Shown here in pieces: positions 1 to 13,665 of a DNA stretch of 64,000 bases; within the stretch, counting starts at the first letter, position 1; each line of letters starts with the position of its first letter. The notes below the pieces were generated by a model. That model had not been told where the DNA came from and ran no database searches. It saw only the letters and a program-made list of their open reading frames with translations. The position numbers and the translations under genes were made by a program. This stretch comes from Gnetum montanum (Eukaryota; Plantae; Gnetophyta), in assembly GCA_015680685.1 (NCBI GenBank), contig MNCI01002086.1:314781-378780 (forward strand), read 5' to 3'.

Positions 1-2206
1 AGATATGCTTGGCCAATCGTCAGGATTGGCGACTCAGCCCGCATGCTCCAGCTCATTCTTTACAGCCCAATCGCTCTATCTCGCATCAAACGGTGCTCGT
101 TTCGACAACCTCGCCTCTTGTTCGCATGAGCAATGGTGTCCTCTGCTTTCTTTTGTGGTTGCAGGTTACTTGCCTTAGAGAATGTCATTCAAAAGTGCAT
201 CCATCTAAGCGGTGAAGTACAACAGCGTGTTGAAATGGCTACTCAGGTTTGCTCGATCACTTAGATCTACATGCCTATACCTCTCACAGTCCTACCCTTA
301 ACTCTTATTTCCCTTCATCCCCACCACCCGCTTCCCATACGCAAGTATCCAATTTCTGCACTCACACTAGCAGAGATATCGCAAAAGTGATGTGTCATGC
401 TCCTTTTGCATGCATTCCTGCTATAATCAGCAACAGAGAGATCTCAGGCTGACGTGCTACGCTCGTCTGAAAGCATTCCTATTGACATCAGTGTGCGTAC
501 GTCTCTGTACATTCAGTAAGCGTATTCCATGCTCCTACCATCCTGACCTATGTTATGTCTTCCCCGAACCTGTTTCCCACCATGCCATTCTATCTTCCAT
601 TCCCTCCAGCTTTGCTCTTCCATGTTGACAGGGCAATCCTTGAGTAGCCATGGATGGACGCTGTTCTTGCTTCCACCAATCTGGTGTTTCGTATTCTTTG
701 TCGACGTCTTTCGGGTAAGCCCTCCAACCGTCAACAAAGAGGGGCCATTGAAACACCGTAAAAAATTATGAGCCGGCCTCAGGCAAAGATTCGCAATTCA
801 GGCAAGGGCGCATGTCAGAATTCTAGAAGGGAGACTAAGACAGAGGAACACCAAGAGGCGCGTAGCATCGAGTCCTCGACTTCTTGTGCAAATTCCTAAT
901 CCTTCTATGCTTTTTCTGTTTACGCTATGTCACGCAACATAGTGTAATGGCGCTTAGCGTAATTTTGCTTAAATGTAGTCTGGCATCAGAAGGATAGTTG
1001 CTTCAGCATAGGGAGAAGCTTAAGCAGCGTGATATGTGATTTCTTGTGTATTTTGCTAAGTCTCTCGTTCAAGGCCAGGTTTACGCTCTGTTACGCATGG
1101 CAGCGTAATAAGCTCCAGAACAGTCAAAGGCAAGGTCTAAGAAAATGTGACTGCTCATCATACGCTCATCACGCAACGTAGCGTATCACAACGTATTGCA
1201 TCGCCAAGCTAAACATTGTTCTACGCTTCACTACGCGCGACCGCGTAAGTGAGCATAAAACAGCTTGAATCCATTGTTTCCATGTTACGTTACGCTCATA
1301 CACGCAACACAGCGTAAATGAGCATAATATAACCCAAAGATAGTTGAGACACACCCAACGTGCACCTCTTCTTCACACGCACAATACGCAAACGAGCGTA
1401 TTGTGCGTAGACATGAAGTTTGACGCAAAAAATGGTCAAACCAACAGTGCCCGAAACACGCAGGACACACGTCATCAGGATTGCGCCTTTTCCATGGGGC
1501 ATCACAGCCTATAAATACCCCAGTTGACAAAGATATAGGCGTTGGAAAATCAGAGAAGCAAGGGCATTTTCTGAGCGCCAGAGCACTTATCACTTTTGAA
1601 GCAGAGATACAGAGAGCAGCGCTTTGGCAATTGTTGACAGCATCACCTTACAGTAGAAACAGAGCACAGTTCGCTTTGAGCACCGGCGACAGGAGTAATT
1701 GTTCTGCTGGGAAGACTCTATTGGTCAGAAACAGTTGATTGGTAGACGTCAGAGCTTGGCCTTCCTTGCATCCCAGCTTTAGCCCACGAGGTAGATCGGA
1801 CTTCTGTTTGGACCGTTTTGCTTGTTGTTTTGTGCTTGCTTCACATCCAGTAATCGAGGATTCCCCAATGTAACGAAATATACAAAATATACATTTTTCA
1901 AGTCAAAGCGCAGATCTTGAAACTACGTGCTTCTCTTATGTCAGCTTCCTCTTATCATGTTTAGCGTTATCATCATTGCAATTCATCTACATCATTTTCC
2001 CCTCATTTTACGATTCCTCGGATTAGATCGTTTTCACAAAATATTCATCGGTTTACTGATTAGTAAGTCCCTGTTTGATCGACAAGACCGTTCAGGGCAC
2101 CGCGGATTCATTTTTCTAGCATAGCCCTCGCGCGGATCCGTGGTTAAAACTGTGTACGCGGGATTCGTTCGGTATTTTCCAGCTACCGACATTTTCCGTC
2201 GTTACA
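1..2206 (+). mobile_element. 3' end of Tat-type Ty3/gypsy element X (3'UTR, PPT 736-744, 3' LTR 749-2206), inserted into the 3'UTR of element Y
   Basis: PPT AAAGAGGGG lies immediately before TGAAACACC (749). The LTR ends ...CCGACATTTTCCGTCGTTACA (2206), the same termini as the other Tat LTRs here. TATA (CCTATAAATACCCC) near 1510. Confidence 0.8.
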
Positions 2207-4406
2207 GTGCCCAAGAGTAACAACAATGCCAGTAGCAAGCAAGACCTTGTCCTTATAAACACATCTCGCTACAGCAACAAACGTTACAGCATCGCAAGGC
2301 GAGTGCCTCGACTAACATGGCTATTTGAGAGTGCAAACTCCAGCACGTGCATAACACAAATTTCCATATAAAAGGTGTCCATAGGCAGGTGAAAACTCTT
2401 CATAGATGTAATGAAACTCATCCTATGAAGGGAGAACCTGTCCTACAAGAGGTTGAAGAACAGTGTCAGCCAAAGATGAAAATGCAAACGAGCCCATCAA
2501 AGCACTCCGACGAGGGACTCGGCTAAACATCATATTTGCTCTCTGCCTTAACCTCTGCAAAACCAATGCAACACTCTCAAGCATGGCCAAGCGATGTCTC
2601 AGCACTCACCAAGTGACAACCTTAGCATTTTGCCTACTGTGGTGTTTCTTATTCTTTGCCAATGTCCATCGAGCTTGTTCTCCAGACGTCGACAAAGAGG
2701 GGCCAATGAAACACCCTAAAAAATACGGGGTCATCCTTGCTTCACCAGGCTCTTGCAGTCTGCGCAGCACTATGGTAGTTCATCGGGAGGAGAACGTTCT
2801 GAGTTCAGGTCAGCTAGTTCAGCAAATTTTATACTTTGAGCATGGATAGGTTTTGTGCCATCTTGCCTATCCATCAAAGTAGCCTAACCAGCCGACAACC
2901 TGCTCAGAAACAGTGTGTGGAATCGGCGGTACCATTCTGGATGCACAAAAAATAGTTTGGCAAGTTTTCTTAGTCATGAAGCCTACTATGCTACGCTACG
3001 CTATGTAGCGTAGCAAGCTTCAGAAGATGATGGCGGGACAAAGTGCTACGCTACGCAACGTCATGCAGCGTAGCATGGCAACGACTTCACTACCCACTTC
3101 CCTCGCCCAATTTCGAGTTCTACAATGATGTCCCTTTCTGTCAGGAAGCGGTGGACCATGTCTATTACTATGCTACGCTGAGCTACATGGCATAGCAAGG
3201 CGTAGCAATTCAATAGAAGAGACAGAAGGCAGTTCGAAAGGTAGAGTCAAAGGAGTTTTCAAGACTTGCATCGTAGGAGACAAGGTTTGCAAATCAATAG
3301 AGCTTTCGCGACTAAGGCCAGTTGCTACTCTATGTAGTGTAGCATAGCATAGCAAGCATGTGACATATAGTAGAATGCGTGACAAAGTTCTACGCCACGC
3401 CAGGCATGCCACGTCACAAAGCACAGCAAGGCATGTAGGTGGTTGTGCGACATCAATGCACTCCACCTAATTGGACCGTTGGCACATGTCTCCAGATGTT
3501 GACGATGGAATTTTGACATAGTAGGATTATAGTTATTGCATACAGGTTCGCATTGCATCGGTCTTGTAGGTCCAATAGTCACAAATGGCATGAGTGGCAC
3601 CAACAAGACAACGAAGGCCTGAGGCACATAACATTTAAACCACCCCTTTTGAACGCCCTTGGTCGTATAAATACCCAAAAAATATCATGCAAAAGGCCCC
3701 CCTCGGCAATACTTAAAAGATTGGAAATTTCAAAAGAGTTCGCATCCTTCTTGAAGCAAACAGCTCCCAAGGGGTGGGAACTTTGGAATTCTGAAACCAA
3801 GACTTCTCCTCCCTCTAGCATTGTAACATCAAAGTGATCTATTTAACATTGTAAACAGTGAGTCTCTCTCTGCTGGTGTGGGGTCCTGTCCCCATTTTAC
3901 CACCTTGGTAGAACCCTGCATTGTTTGTACCCAAGTTCATGTCCAAGCACATAAATCTTTTTTCTCAACATGCCTTGGTTACTCTTGGGATTTCTGCACT
4001 CCATTGTGCTGTGCAACTGATTGTATCCACCTGGACAAAGCGAGTTTGTAGCTTCGGAGTAGTGCATGTTTCTAACTACACTTTACTTTATTTCTTGCTT
4101 GTTGTCTCATTTTGCATCATTTTCTATTTTATTCACCTATAAGCATTACTTCTTATTACTGTCGTACTTTTTACAGTTTCTCTCCTGCTTCATTTAATTT
4201 CAAGCATTATCTCGTATTTTGCATTATTTACATTGCAAAAGGCTATATTGAAACCAATGTAAGTCTCTGTCTGGTCGACCAGACCGTTCAGGGCACCCCA
4301 TGTCTGCACACACCTAGCACAGCCCTCCCACAGATACGGGGTCGGAACTATCACGCCCACTGACCCCCCAGTGTTTTTCCAGCCACCGACATTTTCGATC
4401 GCTACA
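2207..4406 (+). mobile_element. 3' end of Tat-type element Y (3'UTR, PPT 2694-2702, 3' LTR 2707-4406), inserted into the RT of element A
   Basis: AAAGAGGGG PPT then TGAAACACCC. The LTR ends ...CATTTTCGATCGCTACA and is clearly homologous to 61126-62692. The RT coding sequence of A is cut at 4407. Confidence 0.85.
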
Positions 4407-5154
4407 GAGGTCATGAAGGTGGTGCTGACCTAGTGCTCTGGGTTGATCTGAATTTGGTTGTACCTTGAGAACTTATCCATAAAGGACAACAAGGTATGAC
4501 TAGCCATAGTATCGATGACTTGGTCAATACTAGGTAATGGGAAGTCATCTTTGATGGTCACCTTGTTTAAGTCTAAGAAGTCTATGCAAATGCATATGCT
4601 TCCATTTTTCTTAGGGACAACTATGATGTTTGAAACCCAGTCAATGTAATCAACTACTCGAATGAAACTAGCTTTGTAAAGCTTGGTGATTTCATCATGA
4701 ACTACCAATGCCACCTTAGGCTTGACTTTCGAGCTTCCTATTTAACTAATTTTATGCAAGGATCGAGGATAATGTTGTGTTGTAATATGTGAGGGTCAAA
4801 GCCTGACATGTCCTTGTAAGACCATGCTAATGCCTTGATGTTATTGTTAAGGACTTTAGAAATGCTTTTTCTAATTTAAGGTTCTAACAAGGAACTAAGT
4901 TTCAATGTCTTCACCTCAACTTTACATGTTACTATAGGGCTTTTAATAAGAGGATCCTTAGTTACATCACCTGGCTCTAGGTCTAGAGCTCTAATTAGAT
5001 GGTCTGGCCAGTCTAGATATGTTTCTATGGATGCTACATTTGTGTCATAAGTCATAGGTTCAAAGTCTAGGAGCTCAATGTTTATGCATCTCATGGAACC
5101 ACTGTAAGGTCCAGTCAGGACTAAGGGTGAATGAAGACTCTCGTATGCATTCAT
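4407..5154 (-). pseudogene. pol: Element A pol N-terminus and reverse transcriptase fragment
   Basis: WVSNIIVVPKKNGSICICIDFLDLNKVTIKDDFPLPSIDQ…LSFMDKFSRYNQIQI is the classic Tat/Athila RT N-terminal motif set. Stops and frameshifts are present. Confidence 0.9.
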
Positions 5155-5785
5155 TCTACAATCCTACCAAAAATTCTACAAAACAACCAAAAAAATGTCA
5201 AGTGGCACCTGTCTTAATAAGGTAAAATGCATAAAATAAGGAAGACAATGTTATGAAATTTTGCTTAACTGTGCAATTGTTGGATCAGATAAGAAAGTAT
5301 GTAAAGTAATTTTGGGGTCTTAATTGTTGGGGTATATAAAGTTGCTAGTTTAAGGTTGTAGCAGACCATGGTTTATGTGGGAAACATGAGTTTAAGCAAG
5401 GCTTAGAAGGTTTTAATTGTGGGGCTAAGCTAGGCATTTATTAGGTAATAAAAAAATGAAAAAAAAATTTCTAAGTATGGGGACAAGAAAAGTTGAAAAA
5501 AATTTCTAAGTTTGGATCCTATGCTCATCTCACATTATGCACAAGACATGGTACAATCCTGCATTACGTGTGGAACACTAGATAGGCCCTGGGAGGGTGA
5601 CATGTGCTTCAACCCAAAAGGGTATAAATAGGGGTTTTACCATAGTAAAGCTATCATTTTGAAAATTAAAGTAAATAGTCACTCAATGTAGCATGGCTAA
5701 GACAAAGGGAGAGAAAGTATAACAATGATAAAAGGGAATCTAGAGCATAATAGAGAGGAAGAAAGTAGCAGTGTAGTCATCAACC

Positions 5786-8700
5786 ATGCCACACCATAGT
5801 AAACACCAACACCTTAGCCTTACCAACATGGATGAAGGAGATGCACTCTGAGGTTCCTTCCCAAGGCACGCATAGAGCATCATAGGGAGAAACCATCAGT
5901 TAGGTCAGGCTCTATGCTTTACCCTTCTGATTTATTTTTCTTACTTCTTATTTACCTTGGGGTATTGGGGTTTTGAGGGTAGCCTACCTTAGGTAGGAAC
6001 TGCCACCACTGCCATGGCCACCATGATTCATGGCCAGGGGAGGGAGTGCACATAGTACATTCTTTTTGTTTAGGTTTTTGGTTTTTGGTGTTACAAGGGT
6101 TTTTGTACAATGCACTATGTAGGATAGGGGCTTTTGGCATTCTATGCATGGTGTGGAACAACAGTTTTTTAGTGTCCCGCACATGACATGGAACAAGAAT
6201 TTTCTTAGCATCTTGTGCATGATGCGAGACACAGATTTTTTGGCGTCCCATGCATGATGCGGGATAGGGTTTTTTTGGCATCCCATGCATGATGTGGGAC
6301 ATGGCTTGGCCAAGGTAGCTTGAAGGTGAATGTAGAGTGTGATGGTCTAGGTAGGATGACTATGAGGGTCACAACTGTCACACTAGGAAATGTTCCTAAG
6401 AGCATAACAAAAAGGTTAGAAAAATTTTGACTTCCTAGCATCATGCCCTACAGGAAACATAGTTAATAGGTTACAGTCTATAGTGATCATAATCAATATT
6501 TTGTAGTTTTCCAACACTTAACAAATTTTTGCAATCATTATGCTTGAAGGAAAGCATAACAACACTTATAATTTTTTGTAGTCACAAAGGTTATGCTCTA
6601 TAGGAAGCGTAACCGATAGTTAGAAAAACTTTTGTAATTTTGAAGGTGACACTCTATGGGAGCATAACCAACAGTTAGTGAATTTTTTGATGCTTTCCAA
6701 AATTATAATGTTTGTAAATATGCAATGTAAATGTTAGTGTTGTGCCTCGTTGGGGACTAGGCATGTCAAAGGGGTATGACGATTTTCCTTTCTTGTGGGG
6801 CTTGGTGGGAAGTTAAGTATGTTGAGTGTAATTTTTATACATTATTTTATTTAATGCTAACATTCTCCTTTTGTTACTATTATGGCATTACATGGTATTG
6901 TTAAAACCCATCCTCATCGTAGTTGAGCTGGTGGCCATTTGTGTTGCATGAGCAAGCTTGTGCTGAACATGCCTACACCAGACACATGTGTGGGCCACCA
7001 AGCAATATAGTTTAGGTTAGGAGCACAAGAATTCCTAGAATTTTTGCTCCACCACTTCAGTGTGATGATATGGTCACACTTGGCAACTGAAGAAACAAGC
7101 ATCATAACGGAAATACTATTTCCTAGGGTGAACTGAAACATTCTAAGATTCATATCCAATGAACTTGCCAACAACAAAGGAGCAGGGAGTTTGGGCTAAG
7201 GCTACAAGGGCATTAGGCTTTTGTCCAAGATCTAGGGAATGCCTAAATTTTAGTGCTATAATAAGAAAAATACTTTGTTCATCGTTTGATGCCTACACAC
7301 TCTTTTCTAGAACCCACTTAGGATGGTGTATTATTCTAGAGGGTGAGTCCCCTTACACTTTCTTGTACTACCTATTAGATTGTGACTTAAAATGCTAACT
7401 GCTAATGTCTATTTCCAGGTTTACCATTGACATAGATGGCCTTCATGATGAAGAAGGGGTGTTGAACTTGACTTAAAACATCTTATAGGAATTCTCATCT
7501 TTTGAGAATGTTCATGGCACAATGATTAGTTAGATTAGGCAGACTTAGTGGAACACTCTCACTAATATTCTAAGTCTTCCGAGAGGTGTCAAGCTCTTGG
7601 TTGGTTGGCTGTTGAGTGGGCAACTAGCATACTAAGCATGGAGGAAGTTTCAACCCCACTACCACCATCCCAGATATCATTCATGCCATGTGAGCCATGT
7701 ATCACTCATTTTTATGCACTTTTTGCTTTATTTTTTTTTCATATCTTGCTAATTTTACCTTTTCTTATTTCAGCTATTATTAAGTTAGGTGAAGTCACGA
7801 TGGTTGCCACAGGTCACACTAAGGCCACTCTCATATTTAAATATGATGAGGTTGAGTGTTCACAACACTGGTTGTGCTTTGAGGCCTCAGTGGAGATAGT
7901 AAGGAATCTGCAACGGGTTGGGCTCATGGACCTTTTCTTGGCTATTAGCCTAGGTATCCCAATGGCCAAAATGATTGTTGTGATTGACTCCTTCACTAAG
8001 AGCATCAATTGCTTGAGCACACAGGTCTATGATGTGTGGGTGACTTTTGAGATTATAGATGAATTCTTTTTGAACCTCTTTAGCATCCCCTTTGAGGGCC
8101 TACTAGTTACAAAAAAGACTAACAAAGACCTAGACCATAGAGGGGACGTTGAGGAGTGGTTGGACACTTCCAAGGTCTACAAAGAAATACTAGTTAAGGA
8201 GGTGAAGGTACCGATGGTCCACCACCTCTACCTCATCTTCTAAGCTTGTGCATTTCTAAAATTTCTTTCCCAAGGAAATATTCTCAGGGTTGAGTAAGAT
8301 TGGATGATGAGGGATGTAATTGAGGAGGGGACATAGTGCAATTGGACCTCTCACCTTGTTAGTGACCTATGTGCTGAAATTGTTAGGCTATGCCACAACC
8401 TCTAAGCATGATTGCATGTGCATTTTTTATTCTTTGTAGTGTGCCTATGGAGATTTTTAGAGTTTTTGGTGGTTCGTGAGAATGGGTGGTGGATGGTGCG
8501 AGACTGCCATAAAATTTCTAGGCCATGGATTCGTCACCTATTTAACATCACATGGTAAGAGGACCCTCCAAAGGCGATTGGTGAGTCATTTTTAGTAACA
8601 ACTAGAGGCAATGTGGGATGATCCTACCACACACACGATAGTGTCAGGAAGTCCCCACCAACTAACACTGAAAATGCAATGAGAGGAGCATGACTCATTG

Positions 8701-10503
8701 CTAAGATAGTGAGATCATCCAAAATGAAGATTAAGAAGCCATGCCTTGTAAAGGAGCCCACATGTGAAGTGGAGGAGGATGGTAAAAAACTTTGATTTAA
8801 GCTTCATGATGTGCACTTAGAAATTGTAAGTATGCATTATTTGATACTACTATAATGTGTCATGTTATATTATACTCATTATTGACAATTCTAAATTTAA
8901 CTTATGTGATACAAGCAAGAGGGCCCCTACAGTGGTAGCAGAGCCTGTTGAAGATGATGTCCCTCAACCTGAGGGAAAAATTGCAAATGAAGAAGAATGA
9001 GAAGCTATCAAAGTGATAAGGCAACTCGAAGAAGGAGGGTTGCAATTCAAAGTGGTGAGTTTGAACATTTCTTTACTAGCATGTAGATGGGTGATTCCCC
9101 CCACTCTCACACTTGAGGGCTTGTTGGGTAGGAGCTTTGCATCACCATCTTTTGTATTATTATTATTATTCTTCTTCTTCTTGTTACCATTTTTTCTTTT
9201 TATTTATTTATTATTTTTTCACGTTCACACCCTGGGCTATTGTCTATCTGATAATCACTAAGTGTGTTATGTTGTAGTGGTTAGTGTTTTCACTAAACGT
9301 CCAGCATCCACATCCACGTTCCATACACAACCATGGACAGAGGCTCCAGACAAATTTACCTTCATGCAAGGCATGGTGGATGACATGATAGATCATATAT
9401 GACAAAAAAACCCTAAGATTGGTACATCTATTTTTATTAATTTTTTTATTTTTACTAATTTTTCTCACTTGGTTCGTGGATAACATCATCTTGCCTATTA
9501 TATAATGACAGGTTCACAGGTTAAGTGGGACCCAAATAGGGTAGTCCAAGTTGACACCCTGCTTGAGTTTCCCCCCAAGGTGGAGCAAGTGCCTCACCAC
9601 ATGTATGACAAGGCAAGCAAATGTGTGTCGTACTCCACAAGAGCATTGTGTGAGTGTAGGCATGTTAACAAGTACCTGTGGAAACAGGTGCATGAGCTTC
9701 AGAAAAAGGAGGCAAGCCAGGAGGCAAAATTGAAGGACTTGTAGTCTCGCTATGACTTCCTAGTAGCATGTGGCAAACCAGATGGCAACTGGCACACAGC
9801 TAAAATTAATTATGCCAAGTATTGATCATTTTTTTAGGATAATAATGAAGCTACCGGTGAGGTGATTAAGCAACAACTGCAGATGGACCTATTAGCTACA
9901 AAGAATCAAGACTAGAAGGATTATAGTGTGAAAGTATACCAATGGGGCTAGACTCAAAAGAATGACAAGCACCACTACAAGCAAGAATGCAAAGCATACC
10001 GTAAAACGTATAGAGATGAGTCCATGGAGCACTGATGCTGAGAGACATTTCTTGATGCAATCGACACAACATAGGCTTACAAACTATTCATAAGCAATGT
10101 AGTGATGAGTGGAACCCTAGAGAGATAGATCATTGTACCTTCTAGAGAGGTCACTTCTGCTAGGCTTTCACTGGGGCCACACTCATGGACAACTATAGAA
10201 AAGGGAAAAACCCTCATAGGTATTGACCTTAGCAAGGAGGACTAGACATAGTTATCAGATGATGAAATCCTCTATTGCCTAGAGGTATGCCCCTAGACAT
10301 GGATGTAGGTCCTTCTCAGGTTGGTTTAGTTTGCATTATTTTTATTTACTTTATTATAATGTTTCATGTCATTTTATTTGTTAACTAATTTATCGTTTCA
10401 TTTTCATTTAATTTAGGTTCTGGGTGATGGTGCAGGACCTAGCAGAGCAGTAGACAAAGAGAAAGAGGAACTGCCCTAGCTCCCATTGCACACCATAGGC
10501 TAA
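5786..10503 (+). pseudogene. Element A embedded antisense multi-exon gene (NIF/FCP1-like domain, accessory domain, coiled-coil), decayed
   Basis: TATA GGTATAAATAGGGG at 5623 and ATG at 5786. Exons align with the B copy, with matching intron positions (e.g. GG|GTGAGT 7342, CCAG|G 7419, T|GTGAGC 7689, TCAG|CT 7774). Shared peptides include FRLGAQEFLEFLLHHFSVMIWS, YNKKNTLFI, DGLH and KWDP…PKVEQVP…ECRH. Confidence 0.75.
6140..6310 (+). repeat. About 35-bp tandem repeat (…TTTTTGGCATCCCATGCATGATGCGGGA…) in intron 1 of the element A antisense gene
   Basis: Four to five degenerate copies of ATGCATGATGYGRGA separated by T-runs. Confidence 0.6.
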
Positions 10504-10699
10504 AATGCCCAAGATGTAGCCCTGCTATTGGGTAATTTTGTACCTTTTGAGATTTTATGTCTTGGATGTAAACTTAAACCATATACCTTATAGATAATTT
10601 AATGAGAATGTTATGATTATTTGCTTGTTATTTTCTTGTATTTTATGTAATATTTTTGTAATTTTCACTTGCGATTTGATTAACGCAATTAGGCCCTTT

Positions 10700-10885
10700 T
10701 GGGTTCCATGCTAGTTTAAGGCCATGGCAGAAGGGCCATCGCTAGTTTATGGCCATTTTGGGCCATCACTAGTTTAAGGTCATTTCAAGCAATTGCATAG
10801 GAAGGAAGTAAGTTGCTAGTTTTAGGCCATGCAATAGTTTAAGGCCTTTCCAAGCTGTGCAATAGTTTAATGCCTTTTTGGGCTA
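10700..10885 (+). repeat. Array of (C)TAGTTT(A/T)AGGCCAT hairpin-type repeats in element A
   Basis: About 6 copies of TAGTTTWAGGCC lie between the antisense gene and the protease end. Equivalent to 25683-25880 in B. Confidence 0.7.
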
Positions 10886-11077
10886 CTTTTTGTTTTTGTT
10901 TTTTTTTTTCCTTTTTTTTGAAAAGGCTAAATAAAATTGCATGAACTAAAAAAATGACATAACTAATGCAAGATGTAAAAAATAATGCAATCGTAGTTGT
11001 ACAGGAAAAGAACAACAAGTAAGTGAAACATGTAGGTGAACTAAGGGAATGCCTTAGTCATGTAGATGTTTTCTAAC

Positions 11078-13665
11078 TCAATGCAGGTTAAGAGGCGCAT
11101 AAGGCCTAGGAGGCATAAAACAGTATTCTCCTAAACCTTCATCTATTATAGAAATGGAAATTCTACCTAGAGATCTCCCTTAGGGAGGTCACTCGCTTCG
11201 CTTGGTTATTTAAAATCAGTTGAATAACATTGACTTTCATCTTGAGTAGGTGGTGAATCTTCATAGAACTCTACCTCCGACCCTTATTCTATATCTACGT
11301 TGTTGATGGTTGGGGGGGGGGGGGGGGGGGNGATCACCACCTCTCCACCCTCATAGGGTAAGTGGATCTCTTGGTGAATTGATGAAGAAACGACCCATAA
11401 TCAAGACCTTCCTAGGATCAGGTTGAATCCAAGCATTTCTTCAACTACAATGAATTCAACATTAGTGGGGAATTGCTTCCCTACCATGAACACTATCATG
11501 ATTGTTCCTTTTACAACAACACACACTCCATTGAAGGATTTCAAGCATGTTGTTTTTGTTAGCTTGATTTGGATAACTAGGAAAAGATTGTCAATGATGG
11601 GGAATGGGATGACATTGGTCCCTGCCACATCATCAATGTGCACCTCGTGAATTTTATATTGGCCTACATGAATTGTTATAAACATGGGTGCACTAGTTAC
11701 TTGACCCCTTTCAGGATCAACCTTGACTACCTCATCACAAAATGTCAAGGGTGTTGACCTTGACTCTTAAGTTGTAGGTGGAAACATTATGGTGTGAATA
11801 GCCTTTTCATCTATTGGAACATCTTCCTTAACAAGAATAGATGTCAACATGTGAACCAATGCCTCATAATGAGCAAAAGAGGTCATAATCAAGTCATATA
11901 GGCTCAAAGTTATGTTCTTTTATTTGAAAGCCTATTTAACTTATGCTAGCATGTCCAAGAAATCTTTTCTATCATCTATTTTTTTGGTGATTTTTACCTC
12001 CTCCATATGTCCTAAGAGACAAATCTCCTAGGGAGGAGATTTTACTTTTGGTTATGCAATGGGCTTCTTAGCCTTAACACTTATCTATTGATTGTTTGTG
12101 TTTTGTGTTGGTGGTCTGAGACAATGAGGCCATGGGGACAGCTCACAAGGTGGTGGGCTTAAGAGGACCTAGCTCCATGCATTCCCTAATCATTTTTTCA
12201 ACAAGACGCTCATTAGGTCTCTTAGGATATGCCTTTGGGTAGGCAAGATGTGATGTAGTTCCCACCATTGGACCCTGAGCAGGTGGGGCATCTACATGTC
12301 TTAGCACCCTAATGATAAAAGATGCCTAGGTTGTTGTTGCTGCAACATGCTACAGGGCCCTAACCACAATGGATGTCATGGGTGCCCAAGGTGGTGCTTT
12401 GATGATGAAGGAGGATTGTGGTCTAATCAACGTTGAGGCCCCAATGTCACTAGAGGGAACATGAACCACAAATAGTTCATGTGCTAGTTTTGCATTGTCA
12501 TCAACACTATTAGCATTCATGATGTAACTTGCACTACTAGCATTGAGAGGGTCCTTGTAGACTTTCATCAATTGATTTTCTAGTCATATAGGATTACCCT
12601 CATCAAGGACCAATTTTCCTTGATCAATCATGTGTTGAATGTCATCTTTCAATGCTAAGCAGTAGTCTATGTCATAGCCATACAATTGGTGTTAGTTGTA
12701 GAATTGATCCAATCTAAAGTTTATAGGGATTGGGGGCTCATTTGGCATAGCTAAAAAAGGGTTTTTGAGGACCTCACAGTACCTCTCATGGTGTTTTCAT
12801 GCATCCTCAGACATTTGTTTGTGTTGAATGTGCCCAATACTAAGCAATTGATCTAAGAGCTCAATTAGCTTGATGGGCATGGGGGTATACTTTGAGCAAT
12901 CCTTGCACTCAAAGTTTGGCCTTTAGGGAGCCTGCCTCATGGCCATTGATGGTACGAGCTAGTTAGTTCTCGTAGTTCTAGAACCCGATGCATTTTTTTT
13001 CTTGGTTAGGGCTTTAGAAACCTTGCCTGTTGGCCTAGTGTTGTTGGTTTTGGCTTCATCAACCATAGCTGCAATGGTTGTTGTGGCCTTTCCCTTTTTC
13101 TTATCCTTTTTTGTATGTATGTTTTTATAGGCCACATAGGCCAGGTCCTTATTGGCTTCTGCCACATCTCATATGCTCTTTATTTGAGAAAAAGCTTGGC
13201 TAAGAGAGTGCAGGGCTAAGTGTACAGTTTAAACTTGATAAAGTCATTTACCACATCCTTAAAGATAGCCAAAAGATGAGTTTCTAGTATTGGCTCATGA
13301 ATTCCATTTAGGGAAGCACTCCAATGTTGTATAAATTTTTGCACTGCCTCTAGTGCCCCTTACTTAATGTTCATTAGTTGGTCTAAGGTGGCCTCAAGCT
13401 TAGAGTTATACTTGAAGCAAGTTACAAATTGCCATAGAAACTCCTCCAAAGTTGATATGGAAGCTCTAGGGAGCACGTGGTACCAATCAAGAGCTTTGCC
13501 CATTAGGGACATGATAAATACACAAATGATTACATGTGGCCATGCTTGCAAAAGTAAGAATTTAGAATGGAAAGTTACCAGGTGGGTGTTGAGGTCCCCC
13601 TCACCATTATATTTCGTGAATTGAGGAATTTGGACCCCATGAGGCAGAGTTAGTAGTAGGACCAT
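11078..13665 (-). pseudogene. gag-pro: Element A gag (C-terminal part) and aspartic protease
   Basis: Retrotrans_gag-like IPQFTKYNGEGDLNTHL…LMGKALDWYHVLPRASISTLEE; protease IHEVHIDDVAGTNVIP…FNLILGRS. Confidence 0.85.

Noticed and set aside
7605-8243. 212-aa ORF with an apparent transmembrane segment (env-like)
   Set aside because: The hydrophobic stretch is an 84-nt in-frame intron (7690-7773) matching intron 3 of the B copy.
11312-11331. G19 run followed by N in the element A protease region (possible G-quadruplex or slippage site)
   Set aside because: It replaces ordinary coding sequence present in the B homologue and ends in N, so it is most likely a sequencing or assembly artefact.
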